The notes: generated from the sequence alone by a model not told the origin. A DNA stretch of 64,000 nucleotides from Alphaproteobacteria bacterium (GCA_017475705.1 JAFVFB010000034.1:1074-65073), one strand, 5' to 3'; counted from the stretch's first letter, positions 1 through 10,650 are shown. Made by a program: numbers and translations.

Positions 1-3000
1 AACCTTGTTCGCCAACTGTCAAGTCAGCACGGATTATTCCGTTTTTACCCATTGTAAGCGTTCCGTTTTCAACATTGACGGTATCTTGTGTCAGGTTAAT
101 GTTATCGGCAATTGATACGGCTGCGCCAGTGATATTTGTTTTTCCGTTTCCAGTGATACCACTATCAAGTTGGATAGAACCATCAGTCATGTTAACGGTT
201 CCATCGTTTTGGATAGCGTTAGAGCTTTTTGTTTTTGTAATTGTGACGTTATTTAGGTTTAAGACTGCATTTTCGTTGGTAATGTTGGCGATAGAACCTT
301 GGCGGTAGCTTGCATTAACTATATTTACATCAGAAATGTTAAGTTCTGTTTGTTTTGATAAATCAAAACCTAGGATTTTTTGCATATCTATGGTTGATTT
401 ATTATTATTTTCGTCTGCTACACCAATTATGCTGAGAGTTCCTTCTGCAGAACCGCCCAAGCGTTCTTTGACTTTATAGACATTTTCAGCTGCGTCAAAT
501 GTAAATGTTTTCGGTTCATCAAATTCAGCCCAGTTGATTAAGCGAAGTGTATCTCCTAATTTAGTTGTGACAACAGGCTCTTCAATCCAGAGATGGTACA
601 AAAGTAAGCTATCATTTTTGGTTTTGGTAGAGGCTAAATTTAAACGCCCCCAAACGTTTTGATCTTGTTCCTGTTGTTCGTATTCGTCATCCCACATTGT
701 ATGAGCTCCAATAGAGTCTACTTTTAGGATAATGTGGTTTGTACCAAGATTATAGTCTTGATCTAGTTGGCTCATGACGGTTTCTGATAGGGTTAATTGC
801 AAATCATCATTACTGGTTTCAAGTATTTGAATGCGGTAAGTTTCATTGATATCGATGTTCTCCATCATACCGATAATGTTAAATTCTTCCAGTGTAATAA
901 GTCCATTTCCTTCAGCTTTAATTATATCACTTTCAAGAGTCTTTAAGTTTAAGTCGATGGTGTATTTAGTGTTATCTCCGGAAATTAAGTTATTAAAGGT
1001 ATAAGTTTCTATTTCTCCATTATTCATCATTATGGAGCCAGCTTCCGCATTTAAGTTGGTATTTCCATCAGCAAAGGTATCAGAGGTTATAAATAGTTTT
1101 CCTTTGTCAAGGGTTACATCGGAGTTAATGACTTTCCCATTGATGGTTGTTGCATCTTCGCCACGGACGGTTAAGTTAAAGTGTTCTTGGCCGACAATGT
1201 TTCCATCTATATCAGCATTATTTAATGATACTTCTCCGTTACTATCTGTTACAGTGATGACATTTGTATTGCCAGTAAGGCGAGTGTTGTTGATTTTTAA
1301 GCTTGTGTCTGCACCAATTTCAAAACCATCATTGCCGGCCAAATTGATTGTAGAGCGATCATCATTTTCTTTTGAACCGTTAATCGTGAAGGTTCCGGCG
1401 GCCGTTTGCCCCATATCTGTTGATAAGTTGTAAACTTCATTGGCATCGTAGGATTCAAAATAACGTTCTTCGTATGTTGCTTGGTTAATCATTTTTAAGG
1501 TATCATCGATCATTTCTATAGGAGTTGTGTCGTTGTCCCAGTTTTCTTTAGTATAGAAATAGATACTATCGTTTGTAGTGTCTGTGGTTGCAAGTTCGAG
1601 TTCTCCCAAAAGTCTGCCTAAGCGTTTACGGTGCCAATATTGGTCTGAGAAAATGGTTGTTTCTTTAACGCGGTCGTCTTCTAATTTGCTAATATCTTTA
1701 ATCTTGTAATGGTTAATATCATCGGCAAGTTTTAGCTGCAGGCTATCATTTTGTGCCTTAATGACTTGGGTTGTGAATGGAGATAGTTCTGGTGAACCAT
1801 TTAAGTAATTGAACTCTTTGATAGTGATAAAGCCATTGCTTTCTGCGCTGTTGGTTGCAATTGTATCTATTTTTTGATTGCTTAAGTCAAAATCCATATA
1901 CCAGTTTGTATTTTGGTTGGCATGAATTTCATTAATGGTATAATCACTTGTTTCTAGGTCATTTAATTGCATGGAGGCGTTGTTTGTTGTCAAATTATTA
2001 TTGGTAGCGGCAAAGGTATCTGTGCTGAAGTAGAAATGGCCATTGTCGATGGTGGTATTTGCGTTGGTTACGGTTCCATAAATAGAAGATATGCTATTTT
2101 TATTACCTAAAATGTTGAGGGTGTATTTCTTTGAACCAATGAAGTTCCCTTCAGAGTTAACGTTTGTTAGATTAATGATGGTATTGTCGCTGGATACAGT
2201 AAATAGTGCATCACTGTCATTTTGGTTAAGAAAATCTATGTTGGAGATGTTAAAGGTGGTTGTATCTGTAACTTTGAACATGCTGTGTTGATTGGTGTCA
2301 ATAACAGAACCATCGCTGCGGCCAATAATATTTAATTCTCCTTTTGCAACTCTGTCGAGATCTGTCTTAACATTATATGTACTCTCATCTCTAAAAATAA
2401 AGTTTCGGCTCAGGTTGTTGGTAGAGGATGCGATGATATTGAGAGCATCAAGTTCTTCCTCGATTAAGCCAGTTAAGCTATCATGATAGGTGTCTGTTGT
2501 ACCCAGAGCATATCCTTCTTCCTGAAGATAGGTGACATTATTGTAGGTGGTGTCGCCTAGTGTCTCGATAATATCATTAACGATATTAATATTATTGTTA
2601 TTGACGGCTAAGCGAATATTATCGTTATTGGTTTTAAGGACTTGTACTTTTGTACGTTTTGCGGCCTTATTAATTTCATTAATATTATTGAGATACAATG
2701 TTCCTGTAGAGTCTTGTTTTAATGTGAAATTATCGGCTTTTTTTGCATCTCCAAAATCTATATCGATATTCCATTTAGCCGAGGCATCAGTGGTTAATGT
2801 TATGAAATTATGGTCAAAGAGAATATTGTCTGCGGTTTTAATATTAACATTGTCTGCAACGACATGGCTGTTGCGAATCGTTCCATAGAGTTCAATAAGA
2901 CCACTGCTATCTCCTGTTAGGTGTGTGGTAAATCCATTTGCGCCTTCAATAGAGTCATTCATTAAAATGCGCCCATTGGTGTTTGCATTTAAATTAAGGG

Positions 3001-6000
3001 TTAGGGTTGGATCTGCTACATAAATTGCTTGGTCACTTGTTTTACTGCCCGCGCTATTTTGTATATGGTTGCCGCTGAATTCAGAGAGTCCACCGTTTTT
3101 GCCGTAAATGGTGGTATTATCGGCTGCTATGTAGAGAGCACCACCGAATGCAGCAGTGCCACGTGCATAGTTGTTGATAAACCGAGAGTTAATAATGCCG
3201 TTGGTGATGCCATTGCTGCTTGAGGTTAAGGCAATAGCTCCACCTTGTGCCGCCCTATCGGCAGTAGATTTGGTACGATGAGTGTAGTTGCCTTCAAAAT
3301 AGTTGTTTTCGAAGTTGGTGATACTTGCACCGGTATCGGTTAACATAATTGCTCCGCCCCAAGAATTTTGGCTAGTCGCATTGTTGTAGGAATGATTATT
3401 GATAAATTTGGTATTGGAAAGAGTATCAATCGGGCTACCGATGAGAGTAATTGCACCGCCTCCGACCCAGCTACCTCCTGAAGCCCCTGTACGAGAGGCA
3501 TAGTTTTCTGCGAATACCACATTATCGATTATGCCAATGGTTCCTTTATCACTATAAATAGCGCCGCCGCTAGCGATATTGTTTGCTGTTCCGGTGGCTT
3601 TTTCATAGTTGCCTAAAAATGCGGTGTTTGTGATAGAATTAATTTTGCCAGTAGAATATTGATAGATTGCTCCACCGGCTACTTTGCAACAGCCACCGTT
3701 ATTACCATTTTTCTGGAATACAACATTGTTGATGGCTTTAATAACGCCTCTATTATGAATAGCGCTACCATAGTGATTGGTGTAGATGGTTCGATTGGCT
3801 TCAAATAATGTATTGGAGATTTCATCAATGGTTCTTCCGCTTGTCTGATAAATGGCACCACCGTCATATTGAGCAATATTGCCGATAAATTGGGATTTAA
3901 ATATGTCTTGGTAATTTTTTTCGGTATCTACAAAGCGTTCTGTTGACCCATCTTCCAAAGTACGTTCTGAATAGATAATGTTGGGGACATCTACGTCATC
4001 ACCGCTGATTTTGCTAAGCGTTCCTTTTGCAGCTATTGCGATAGCACCTCCGTTTTGGTTATTGGCACCGCTGTTGCCGGCAACATTGTTTAGAAATTTA
4101 GAATTGTAAATCTCATCAATAGTTGAACCGCTGTTGGATTCTGAAAAGATATAGATTGCTCCACCCATGTGTGATTTTGTTTTGTTATTACTAAAGGTGG
4201 AATCTTTAATCAGTTTAATTTTTGTCGGACCAGTATTGCTCAGCATGAGGGCACCGCCGGCTGTTTCTGCTGTATTATTATCGAATGTGCTGTTTTCGAT
4301 TAAATCAATGGTTGATTGTGTGATATAGAATGCACCGCCAGACACTGCTTCGGCTTGGTTATTGCTAAAGGTGCTATTGATAATCTTACCAATGGTACTC
4401 TTTCGTATGTATATGGCGCCGGCGTGGCTTTTAGCGATATTGTTGTCAAAAACGGTATGGTTTATTTCATCAATAGTTGCATTATCTATAAAAATTGCTC
4501 CGCCTATGCCAGTATCGGTGGATGTAGACGTATTGTTAGCAAATAATGAGTCTTTAATTAAATCAATTTGACTGTCGGCACGTATATCTATGGCAGAGCC
4601 ATAGGCATTGTTTCCTTCTATAGAGTTGTTAGAAAATTCTGTGTCGGTGATGTTGTGGATGATGCTGTTATTGCGCAAAATCAACGCATTACCATGAATT
4701 TCATCATCTAAAGCAATGATTTTATTGTTGGTAAATTTAGAGCCGGCAATGTTTGTAATTTCACTATTGTCAAGGTTTAGTGTACCATTGGCAAAGGTTT
4801 GATTCTTGGTATCAATGAGCTGATAGAGATTATTATCAAATATCGTGTTTAATATTCCGCCAACATAAGTTGTTGTTTCTTCGCCTGTTTCTGCATCAAT
4901 AGTGGTGTAGCTGGTTCCAAGATAACTGTTTGTTAGCAAGAAAACATTGCTGTTGAAAGTAGGGTTTGCATAAAGACTATCAGTGTTTGTTAGCTGTAAA
5001 ATATTATCTTTGAATGTACTATCTTTTATCTGGTAAATGGTGCTATCGCTAAAATTTAATAGGTTAGAACTGGTGTTTATTTTTGTTGCATAGATGTTTC
5101 TTCCATTAATAAAATCAACATTTTCTAGGCCACCCCTGATTTCATGACTGTTGCTGTCATAAGCTCCTAAAATGGCTTTGTATCCGGTTAGGAAGTGATC
5201 TTTTGCGTTTTGGAAACGTACATTTTTGATATTTAAGGTAACATCATTTGCCTTAATGCCTGAATAATAAGCTGTTTTGTGTTGTGTTTCTTCAGTTTGT
5301 TCGTTGTATTCATCATATTCACGGTAATGTTCAATAGTTGATTTGTTACCCTCATCATCTGCTACGCCGAGAATATTCATCGTGATATGTTTGTCACCAC
5401 TTTTGTTGATAGAGGCAGAGGTTTCAGCATTTCTTATCATTTGATAAACATCTTGAGCGGTACGGAAGCGGAAATATTTATTTTCTTCTACCGTTTGTTC
5501 AGTATTCCAGGCACGAAGCAGACCATCTGTGATGACCTCATCAGCTATCCATGTTATAGGGTTTAGTTGATAGAATATACTGTCGTTTTCGGTGTCAGTC
5601 GTATCTAGGCGAATAAAACCATCTATGGTGCCTGTTCTGCGGTGGACGCCATAAATATCATCAAACCAAGCGTCGGCAGTTACTTCTCCATCTACTATTT
5701 CTCTAACAGGCTCAGAAAATGTGCGGATGCCATCTTCATCACTACTTAATCTTTTGGTTAAAGTGAGGTAGGCGTTATGATTGGTAGAACCATCCTTTCC
5801 TTTGAGAATTTGTATTTTCCCAGTGGCCGTGTCTTCAGAACGATATACATAGACCTCTAAATTATTGATATTGAATACAGCATCAGAATCATCATTTAGT
5901 ATAAATAAATCCGCTTTTTGGCTAAAGGTATTTAGATTGAGGCTTAAATTACCACTACCGGTTGCTTTGGCTAAATTATAGCTATCAATACGATCGGTTG

Positions 6001-9000
6001 ACAGGGTCCCATTATTTAAATCAAATGTACCTCCAGTGAAATTTCCATGTTTATTGATGGAGTCATTGTGGGTTAATTCTAGGAATTTGTCGTTTTGAAT
6101 TTTGATCGTACCATTGTTATTTATATTGTTGCTTAGCTTTCCATTTAGGAGCATTAAATTATTGTTTTCAATATCGGTGGTGTTGTAGAGTAATGAGGCA
6201 TCAGTTGTAAATATACCTGTATCTGTTACTTTAATAGATGGATACAAGCGGTAGCTGTCATTAATGACATTGCCGATGATGTTAATGGTGCCGTTTGTGC
6301 CGTTAATCGTGCCATTAAGTGTTCCGTCATCTAAGTTGATGATGCCACCATTCTTTATAGTTGTTTCACTTTTAATGTGGGAGGCACCAGTATTCAGCGT
6401 GCCGGCTACTTCAGTTGCTTTGATGGTTAAATCGCCGTCATTGTTCATGGTACCAGTAATGGTCAGCGTTCCTATGCCGCTGACTTCGCCATGATTGTGC
6501 AAAATCGCATTTTCTTGAACGTTTAAATTGGTTGCAATATTTTTATTGGTCGTAACTTCTGCTCCAGATAAAATACGGATTCCGCCGAGATTATAGCCAT
6601 TTGCAGTGGCAGATACATCTAAAGTGCCACCTGTGAGGGCAACAACCATGCCACGATTGGTGCTATAATTCGTAATTATATTACCATGCAGTAAATTAGC
6701 GTTTGTGGTAAACACTTTGGTTGGTGTCGCTCCCCAAGCAGCTAAAGTATTGTAAATATGTCCTTGGTTGATTGTATCTCGACCAACATTTAATGTACCA
6801 CTACCATAAATGTCTTTTTTGAGTGTTTGTCCATCTGTGTAGTATAATATAAGATTGGCATTGTTGGTTACGGTTCCTAAGAGAGCGCCATCTTCTTGTT
6901 CTGTACCGTTTAAATCCTCTGGTCTGATATATAAACGGGCACCAGATACAAGCAAGTCTTGGTTAATTTTTACACCATCAATGAAAGTGTATCCATCTTT
7001 GGATCCGGTAATAATTTCAATTGTACCAGAACCATTAATGGAACCTTCTTTGGCTTGTGCTGTTGTTAAGGATGATCCTTGGGAGTATAATTTCCAAGTA
7101 CCGTTGTTAACGATCTTATCGGCCATAATACCAGCTGGGTGTGTCGTAAGGGTGGCACCTTCATCAATATAAAATTCAGATTGCTGGGCTTGATAATTAT
7201 TAATTACTTTGCCTGTGATATGGGTTATACCGTCGCCACGAATTAGTATGCTATGATTAGTGTCATACACACCGCCGCTTTTTATCTCTAAATTACCATT
7301 GTTGGTTAAAGTCGTTTGGTTATTGCTATTACCATCAAAAATGCTGAAGTTATTTACAGTTAGTTTTGCACCATCGTTAACCAAAATGTTGCTATAAAAA
7401 CTGCGTTCGCCAGTATTTTCGAATATGGTATCATTTAATATATTGGTATTAAAGTCTTCTCCTACCTTTACAGCGGCTGTAAGGGTGCCACCGGTTAAGT
7501 TTAGAGCTAATGTAGATGTATCAACATCGGTTAAACTGCTTTCTTTGTAAATTTTTGTTTTGAGATTATCGGCATTTGTTGTTAAGCTTGAATTATTTGT
7601 TTCAAAGGCGACACCGTCAACTTTTATTAAGGAATCTGCTGCCAATTCAATATTACCAGATAGCCATACTACGCCTTTATCAGTTGATGTAATAGTGCTA
7701 CTTAAAATACCATCACGCAGGTGTAAGCGACCATTATTTGTGACGTTGCTTAGAAGATTTGATGCATTGATGAAAATATCACCACCAGCATTAATTTGAA
7801 TGTTATTTGATGTTGTTTTTAGTGTCCCGTTTTCGTCAAAGTAAATAAAGCGGCGGTGGTCTGTATCTCCGAAGATGGTAACACTATATTGGTTAATGGA
7901 GGCGCCATCTGTTAGGGTTAAACTGCCGAAGTTAGAGTTATTGCCAATTTGTAGAACTCCGGATGCTCCGGTAATGCCGGTGTTTGAGGTCACACTTCCT
8001 AGGATGCCTATATTGTTATTGTTTATAATACCGTTGGTACCTGTGACGCCGGTTAAGATTATATCTTTACCATATATACTGATATTACCTAATTGGATAT
8101 TGTTGATTAAGGCACCTTCAGCGGCATTCTGTGTTGTAAGATTTACATCTCTTAAATTTAGCTGGGTACCAATATCATATTCATCTTCTTTAGATAGTTC
8201 AAATAATGTGTATTCTCCGGCATTGATTGTTGAATTTTTATTGGTTTGGTCACTATGTACACCGATGACGTTTAATGTGCCGGTTGCAGATGTTCCTGTA
8301 TTATCTTCTGATATATATATGTCATCTGCACTATCAAACATGAAGTAGCGTTGCTTCTCTTCTAGCTGGTTTACAAGGCGTAAAGTGTCTCCTTGTTTTC
8401 GGTGATCTAAAATTTCATTGTTCTGTTCTATATAATATTCGATGCTATCTTCATTTGCCAGGGAGGTGTTGCTCTTTACTGCCCGTAGGCCTTCGGTTGT
8501 AATTTTATATTCTATCTGTGTATAGTAAACTTTATCCCAAGCGGTTGTTGCTGCAATTGGGTCATTAATGTCTCTAGGGTCTGTTTCACTGCGTTTTGCG
8601 TATTGTGCTTTTAGGCTATCAGATAGTTCCAGTTTTAGCTGACCATCTGCAGAATTAATAATTTGAATTGTGGTTGGGGCGGTTGGTTGTCCACCTAAAA
8701 TGTTCAGCTTATTCAGCATTAAGATACCAGACGAACCAGAACCGACAGAAAGTTTATCGCTTAAATTTTGATTAAAGTTTATATCTATCCCCCATTTCGC
8801 GCTGTCTTGAGAAGATAGATTAAGAAAATCATAGTTTTCATATTTGTTGTTTATTAGGGTAATATTGGTGTTTGCTGCTGATATTTTTGAATTTGTAATA
8901 CTGCTGTTGAGATAGATTGTGCCTGTGTCATCACCTGTTAGTATGGTGCCAAAGTTTCGCTCACCAGTGATGGCGTCATTGAGGATAACTTTACCGCCAT

Positions 9001-10303
9001 CGGTCGCGCTTAAAGTTAATTTTGCTTCATTACTATCAACATAGATGGCTTGGTTTTCTTTTGTTCCTGCATTAATGACGTAGTTGCCACTAAATTCAGT
9101 CGTTTTGCCTTCGGTTGCGTATATTGCTAAATCGCTACTCGTGAAGATTGCACCGCCTTTAGCTTTGTCTGTTTGTGATTGTGCATAGTTATCAATAAAA
9201 ATTGAGTTTGTTATGCTTCCATTTTTGTTGTTATAGATTGCACCACCTGCAGCAGTATTATTGTCGGATATTGCTGCGTTGCCAGAAAATACGCTGTCTT
9301 TTATTCCATTAATTAACTGAAATGCACTGTTATATAATGCTCCTCCTGATGCCTTTCCACTTAAGGTGTATATAATATTTTTCATAAAAGTACTATTTTT
9401 GATGGTATCTATTGTTCCCTCGTTACCAATAACTCCTCCATCTATGTTTGCGGATGAAGATGTTGTGCTGTTGCCGATAAAATCACCAACAATTGATGTA
9501 ATTCTTCCGCTTTGTGGTGTTTCGAGCAATCCACCATTTAGATAAGTGTTTGTTGTTATTTTATTTCCTATCATTTCAATGGCTAAATCACCGATTCGTG
9601 AAAGTGTCTTTAATAATGGACCATAAATCGATTTGCTCGCATTGATAAATACTTGGTTGCCAATATAGCTTGCATTGATGAATTCTGCTGCTGCATCTGC
9701 TTCTATAATTAACGCTGAGTAGTTATGTGTATCTTCCGGTGTGATGGTTACAGTATTTCCGGCGTATTTTGTGTTAATTTCTTCCACCGAACCGTTAATA
9801 TCTATGGCATTATTTACTTCTGAAGCATAATATTCTTGGTTAATTTCACCAATTTCTTCTCCGCTAGCAATAGCCGTTTTTTCTGTTGTTGCCGCTGGAT
9901 CGTAGTGTATTATCAATACACTTTCGTCAGGATTTGCTGTTTCTTCGAGATGAATTAAGCCATTTGCTGTTTGCACCCATTTGAAATACTTTGTTGCAGG
10001 TCCGCTGCCTTTTTCTGGATTTTTAAAGCTGATTTGGTAGTAATGGACATCATTATCAAGATTAGGATTATAGTATTTAACGACATTTACGGGCAGTTCT
10101 TGCGATTCGTCTGGAGCAGGTACTTCAAAGAAGAGAAATTCACTGTTATCTCCCAGTGCGGTTGGCAAATTATATTCATCTGCCAATGTATTTTTAGGGC
10201 ATATGATTAGTAAAGTAGCTAAGCTTGAAAATAAACATTTTTTCAGTGTTTTAATAATATACGTATTTAACAATGCAGTGCTCCTTGTGTTTTTTTCGCT
10301 CAT
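1..10303 (-). CDS. Giant secreted repeat protein (5' part, 3434 codons in window, C-terminus lies beyond position 1). It carries Pmp-type GGA[ILV]/FxxN repeats and is a putative autotransporter-type adhesin passenger.
   Basis: Reading the reverse strand from the ATG at 10303-10301, I found no stop codon in that frame down to position 2. The N-terminus MSEKNTRSTALLNTYIIKTLKKCLFSSLATLLIICPKNTLADEYN has a signal-peptide-like hydrophobic core. There are many GGAIY/GGAIF/GGAFY/GGALM motifs alternating with FSGN/FIDN/FDNN/FSNN/FINN motifs, especially at about 3030-4700 and 9050-9560. All plus-strand ORFs listed here are short and low-complexity, which fits antisense artefacts. The ORF is missing from the track because it has no stop in the window. 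Confidence 0.8.
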   Translation of the reverse strand, partial: MSEKNTRSTALLNTYIIKTLKKCLFSSLATLLIICPKNTLADEYNLPTALGDNSEFLFFEVPAPDESQELPVNVVKYYNPNLDNDVHYYQISFKNPEKGSGPATKYFKWVQTANGLIHLEETANPDESVLIIHYDPAATTEKTAIASGEEIGEINQEYYASEVNNAIDINGSVEEINTKYAGNTVTITPEDTHNYSALIIEADAAAEFINASYIGNQVFINASKSIYGPLLKTLSRIGDLAIEMIGNKITTNTYLNGGLLETPQSGRITSIVGDFIGNSTTSSSANIDGGVIGNEGTIDTIKNSTFMKNIIYTLSGKASGGALYNSAFQLINGIKDSVFSGNAAISDNNTAAGGAIYNNKNGSITNSIFIDNYAQSQTDKAKGGAIFTSSDLAIYATEGKTTEFSGNYVINAGTKENQAIYVDSNEAKLTLSATDGGKVILNDAITGERNFGTILTGDDTGTIYLNSSITNSKISAANTNITLINNKYENYDFLNLSSQDSAKWGIDINFNQNLSDKLSVGSGSSGILMLNKLNILGGQPTAPTTIQIINSADGQLKLELSDSLKAQYAKRSETDPRDINDPIAATTAWDKVYYTQIEYKITTEGLRAVKSNTSLANEDSIEYYIEQNNEILDHRKQGDTLRLVNQLEEKQRYFMFDSADDIYISEDNTGTSATGTLNVIGVHSDQTNKNSTINAGEYTLFELSKEDEYDIGTQLNLRDVNLTTQNAAEGALINNIQLGNISIYGKDIILTGVTGTNGIINNNNIGILGSVTSNTGITGASGVLQIGNNSNFGSLTLTDGASINQYSVTIFGDTDHRRFIYFDENGTLKTTSNNIQINAGGDIFINASNLLSNVTNNGRLHLRDGILSSTITSTDKGVVWLSGNIELAADSLIKVDGVAFETNNSSLTTNADNLKTKIYKESSLTDVDTSTLALNLTGGTLTAAVKVGEDFNTNILNDTIFENTGERSFYSNILVNDGAKLTVNNFSIFDGNSNNQTTLTNNGNLEIKSGGVYDTNHSILIRGDGITHITGKVINNYQAQQSEFYIDEGATLTTHPAGIMADKIVNNGTWKLYSQGSSLTTAQAKEGSINGSGTIEIITGSKDGYTFIDGVKINQDLLVSGARLYIRPEDLNGTEQEDGALLGTVTNNANLILYYTDGQTLKKDIYGSGTLNVGRDTINQGHIYNTLAAWGATPTKVFTTNANLLHGNIITNYSTNRGMVVALTGGTLDVSATANGYNLGGIRILSGAEVTTNKNIATNLNVQENAILHNHGEVSGIGTLTITGTMNNDGDLTIKATEVAGTLNTGASHIKSETTIKNGGIINLDDGTLNGTINGTNGTINIIGNVINDSYRLYPSIKVTDTGIFTTDASLLYNTTDIENNNLMLLNGKLSNNINNNGTIKIQNDKFLELTHNDSINKHGNFTGGTFDLNNGTLSTDRIDSYNLAKATGSGNLSLNLNTFSQKADLFILNDDSDAVFNINNLEVYVYRSEDTATGKIQILKGKDGSTNHNAYLTLTKRLSSDEDGIRTFSEPVREIVDGEVTADAWFDDIYGVHRRTGTIDGFIRLDTTDTENDSIFYQLNPITWIADEVITDGLLRAWNTEQTVEENKYFRFRTAQDVYQMIRNAETSASINKSGDKHITMNILGVADDEGNKSTIEHYREYDEYNEQTEETQHKTAYYSGIKANDVTLNIKNVRFQNAKDHFLTGYKAILGAYDSNSHEIRGGLENVDFINGRNIYATKINTSSNLLNFSDSTIYQIKDSTFKDNILQLTNTDSLYANPTFNSNVFLLTNSYLGTSYTTIDAETGEETTTYVGGILNTIFDNNLYQLIDTKNQTFANGTLNLDNSEITNIAGSKFTNNKIIALDDEIHGNALILRNNSIIHNITDTEFSNNSIEGNNAYGSAIDIRADSQIDLIKDSLFANNTSTSTDTGIGGAIFIDNATIDEINHTVFDNNIAKSHAGAIYIRKSTIGKIINSTFSNNQAEAVSGGAFYITQSTIDLIENSTFDNNTAETAGGALMLSNTGPTKIKLIKDSTFSNNKTKSHMGGAIYIFSESNSGSTIDEIYNSKFLNNVAGNSGANNQNGGAIAIAAKGTLSKISGDDVDVPNIIYSERTLEDGSTERFVDTEKNYQDIFKSQFIGNIAQYDGGAIYQTSGRTIDEISNTLFEANRTIYTNHYGSAIHNRGVIKAINNVVFQKNGNNGGCCKVAGGAIYQYSTGKINSITNTAFLGNYEKATGTANNIASGGAIYSDKGTIGIIDNVVFAENYASRTGASGGSWVGGGAITLIGSPIDTLSNTKFINNHSYNNATSQNSWGGAIMLTDTGASITNFENNYFEGNYTHRTKSTADRAAQGGAIALTSSSNGITNGIINSRFINNYARGTAAFGGALYIAADNTTIYGKNGGLSEFSGNHIQNSAGSKTSDQAIYVADPTLTLNLNANTNGRILMNDSIEGANGFTTHLTGDSSGLIELYGTIRNSHVVADNVNIKTADNILFDHNFITLTTDASAKWNIDIDFGDAKKADNFTLKQDSTGTLYLNNINEINKAAKRTKVQVLKTNNDNIRLAVNNNNINIVNDIIETLGDTTYNNVTYLQEEGYALGTTDTYHDSLTGLIEEELDALNIIASSTNNLSRNFIFRDESTYNVKTDLDRVAKGELNIIGRSDGSVIDTNQHSMFKVTDTTTFNISNIDFLNQNDSDALFTVSSDNTIINLTNVNSEGNFIGSKKYTLNILGNKNSISSIYGTVTNANTTIDNGHFYFSTDTFAATNNNLTTNNASMQLNDLETSDYTINEIHANQNTNWYMDFDLSNQKIDTIATNSAESNGFITIKEFNYLNGSPELSPFTTQVIKAQNDSLQLKLADDINHYKIKDISKLEDDRVKETTIFSDQYWHRKRLGRLLGELELATTDTTNDSIYFYTKENWDNDTTPIEMIDDTLKMINQATYEERYFESYDANEVYNLSTDMGQTAAGTFTINGSKENDDRSTINLAGNDGFEIGADTSLKINNTRLTGNTNVITVTDSNGEVSLNNADIDGNIVGQEHFNLTVRGEDATTINGKVINSDVTLDKGKLFITSDTFADGNTNLNAEAGSIMMNNGEIETYTFNNLISGDNTKYTIDLNLKTLESDIIKAEGNGLITLEEFNIIGMMENIDINETYRIQILETSNDDLQLTLSETVMSQLDQDYNLGTNHIILKVDSIGAHTMWDDEYEQQEQDQNVWGRLNLASTKTKNDSLLLYHLWIEEPVVTTKLGDTLRLINWAEFDEPKTFTFDAAENVYKVKERLGGSAEGTLSIIGVADENNNKSTIDMQKILGFDLSKQTELNISDVNIVNASYRQGSIANITNENAVLNLNNVTITKTKSSNAIQNDGTVNMTDGSIQLDSGITGNGKTNITGAAVSIADNINLTQDTVNVENGTLTMGKNGIIRADLTVGEQG

Positions 10304-10455
10304 TTTTCTCTGAGCGAATCGATTCTTTAAAAGAATCTCGTCTTTATACTAGGAGAATAATGGTTAAAATATGGTAAAGATAAAATAAGAGGTTTGAAAA
10401 AGATTAGTTTCTAATGGAAACGGTTTCTTTGGTGCTATTTTATGGGCTAAAAAAG

Positions 10456-10606
10456 ATGGCAGGGGCAGTAAGATTGGCCATCGCTTTTTATAAAAAAAGC
10501 TTGGTCGCTGCGTCAACCTTTTTGCTTTAAGCAAAACCGGCGTTCTTCCGCCCGCCTAGGTTTCCTTGTCGAACTCACTTCGTCGTGAGTTCTTATCAAC
10601 TCCCCC
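10456..10606 (-). pseudogene. Decayed or disrupted second copy of tRNA-Trp (or an att-like remnant)
   Basis: 10456-10475 (atggcaggggcagtaagatt) is identical to 10650-10669, which is the 3' end of the intact tRNA-Trp plus one flanking base. Further collinear fragments are tcgaactcac at 10569-10578, then caact and cccct near 10597-10606. These are separated by unrelated sequence, and no cloverleaf can be drawn. Confidence 0.4.
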
Positions 10607-10616
10607 TAAAAGTCAT

Positions 10617-10641
10617 AAAAAAAACCTACCTATGCGGTAGG
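10617..10641 (-). terminator. Rho-independent terminator downstream of tRNA-Trp
   Basis: The stem is CCTACC (10625-10630) paired with GGTAGG (10636-10641) with a 5-nt loop. On the minus strand it is followed by a run of 8 T (A-run at 10617-10624 on the plus strand). Confidence 0.7.
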
Positions 10642-10650
10642 CTCTTTTTA

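Noticed and set aside
75-10210. About 20 plus-strand (and two minus-strand, off-frame) ORFs of 60-157 aa listed by the track across the first 10 kb
   Set aside because: They are short and low-complexity (Leu/Val/Ser/Pro-rich). All lie inside, and antisense or out of frame to, the uninterrupted 3434-codon minus-strand frame, which has clear protein-family motifs.
10290-10296. A poly(A)7 tract in codons 3-5 of the giant gene as a possible slipped-strand phase-variation switch
   Set aside because: Seven-nucleotide A/T runs are common throughout this AT-rich window, including inside housekeeping genes and terminators. With no evidence of length variation this is not distinguishable from background.
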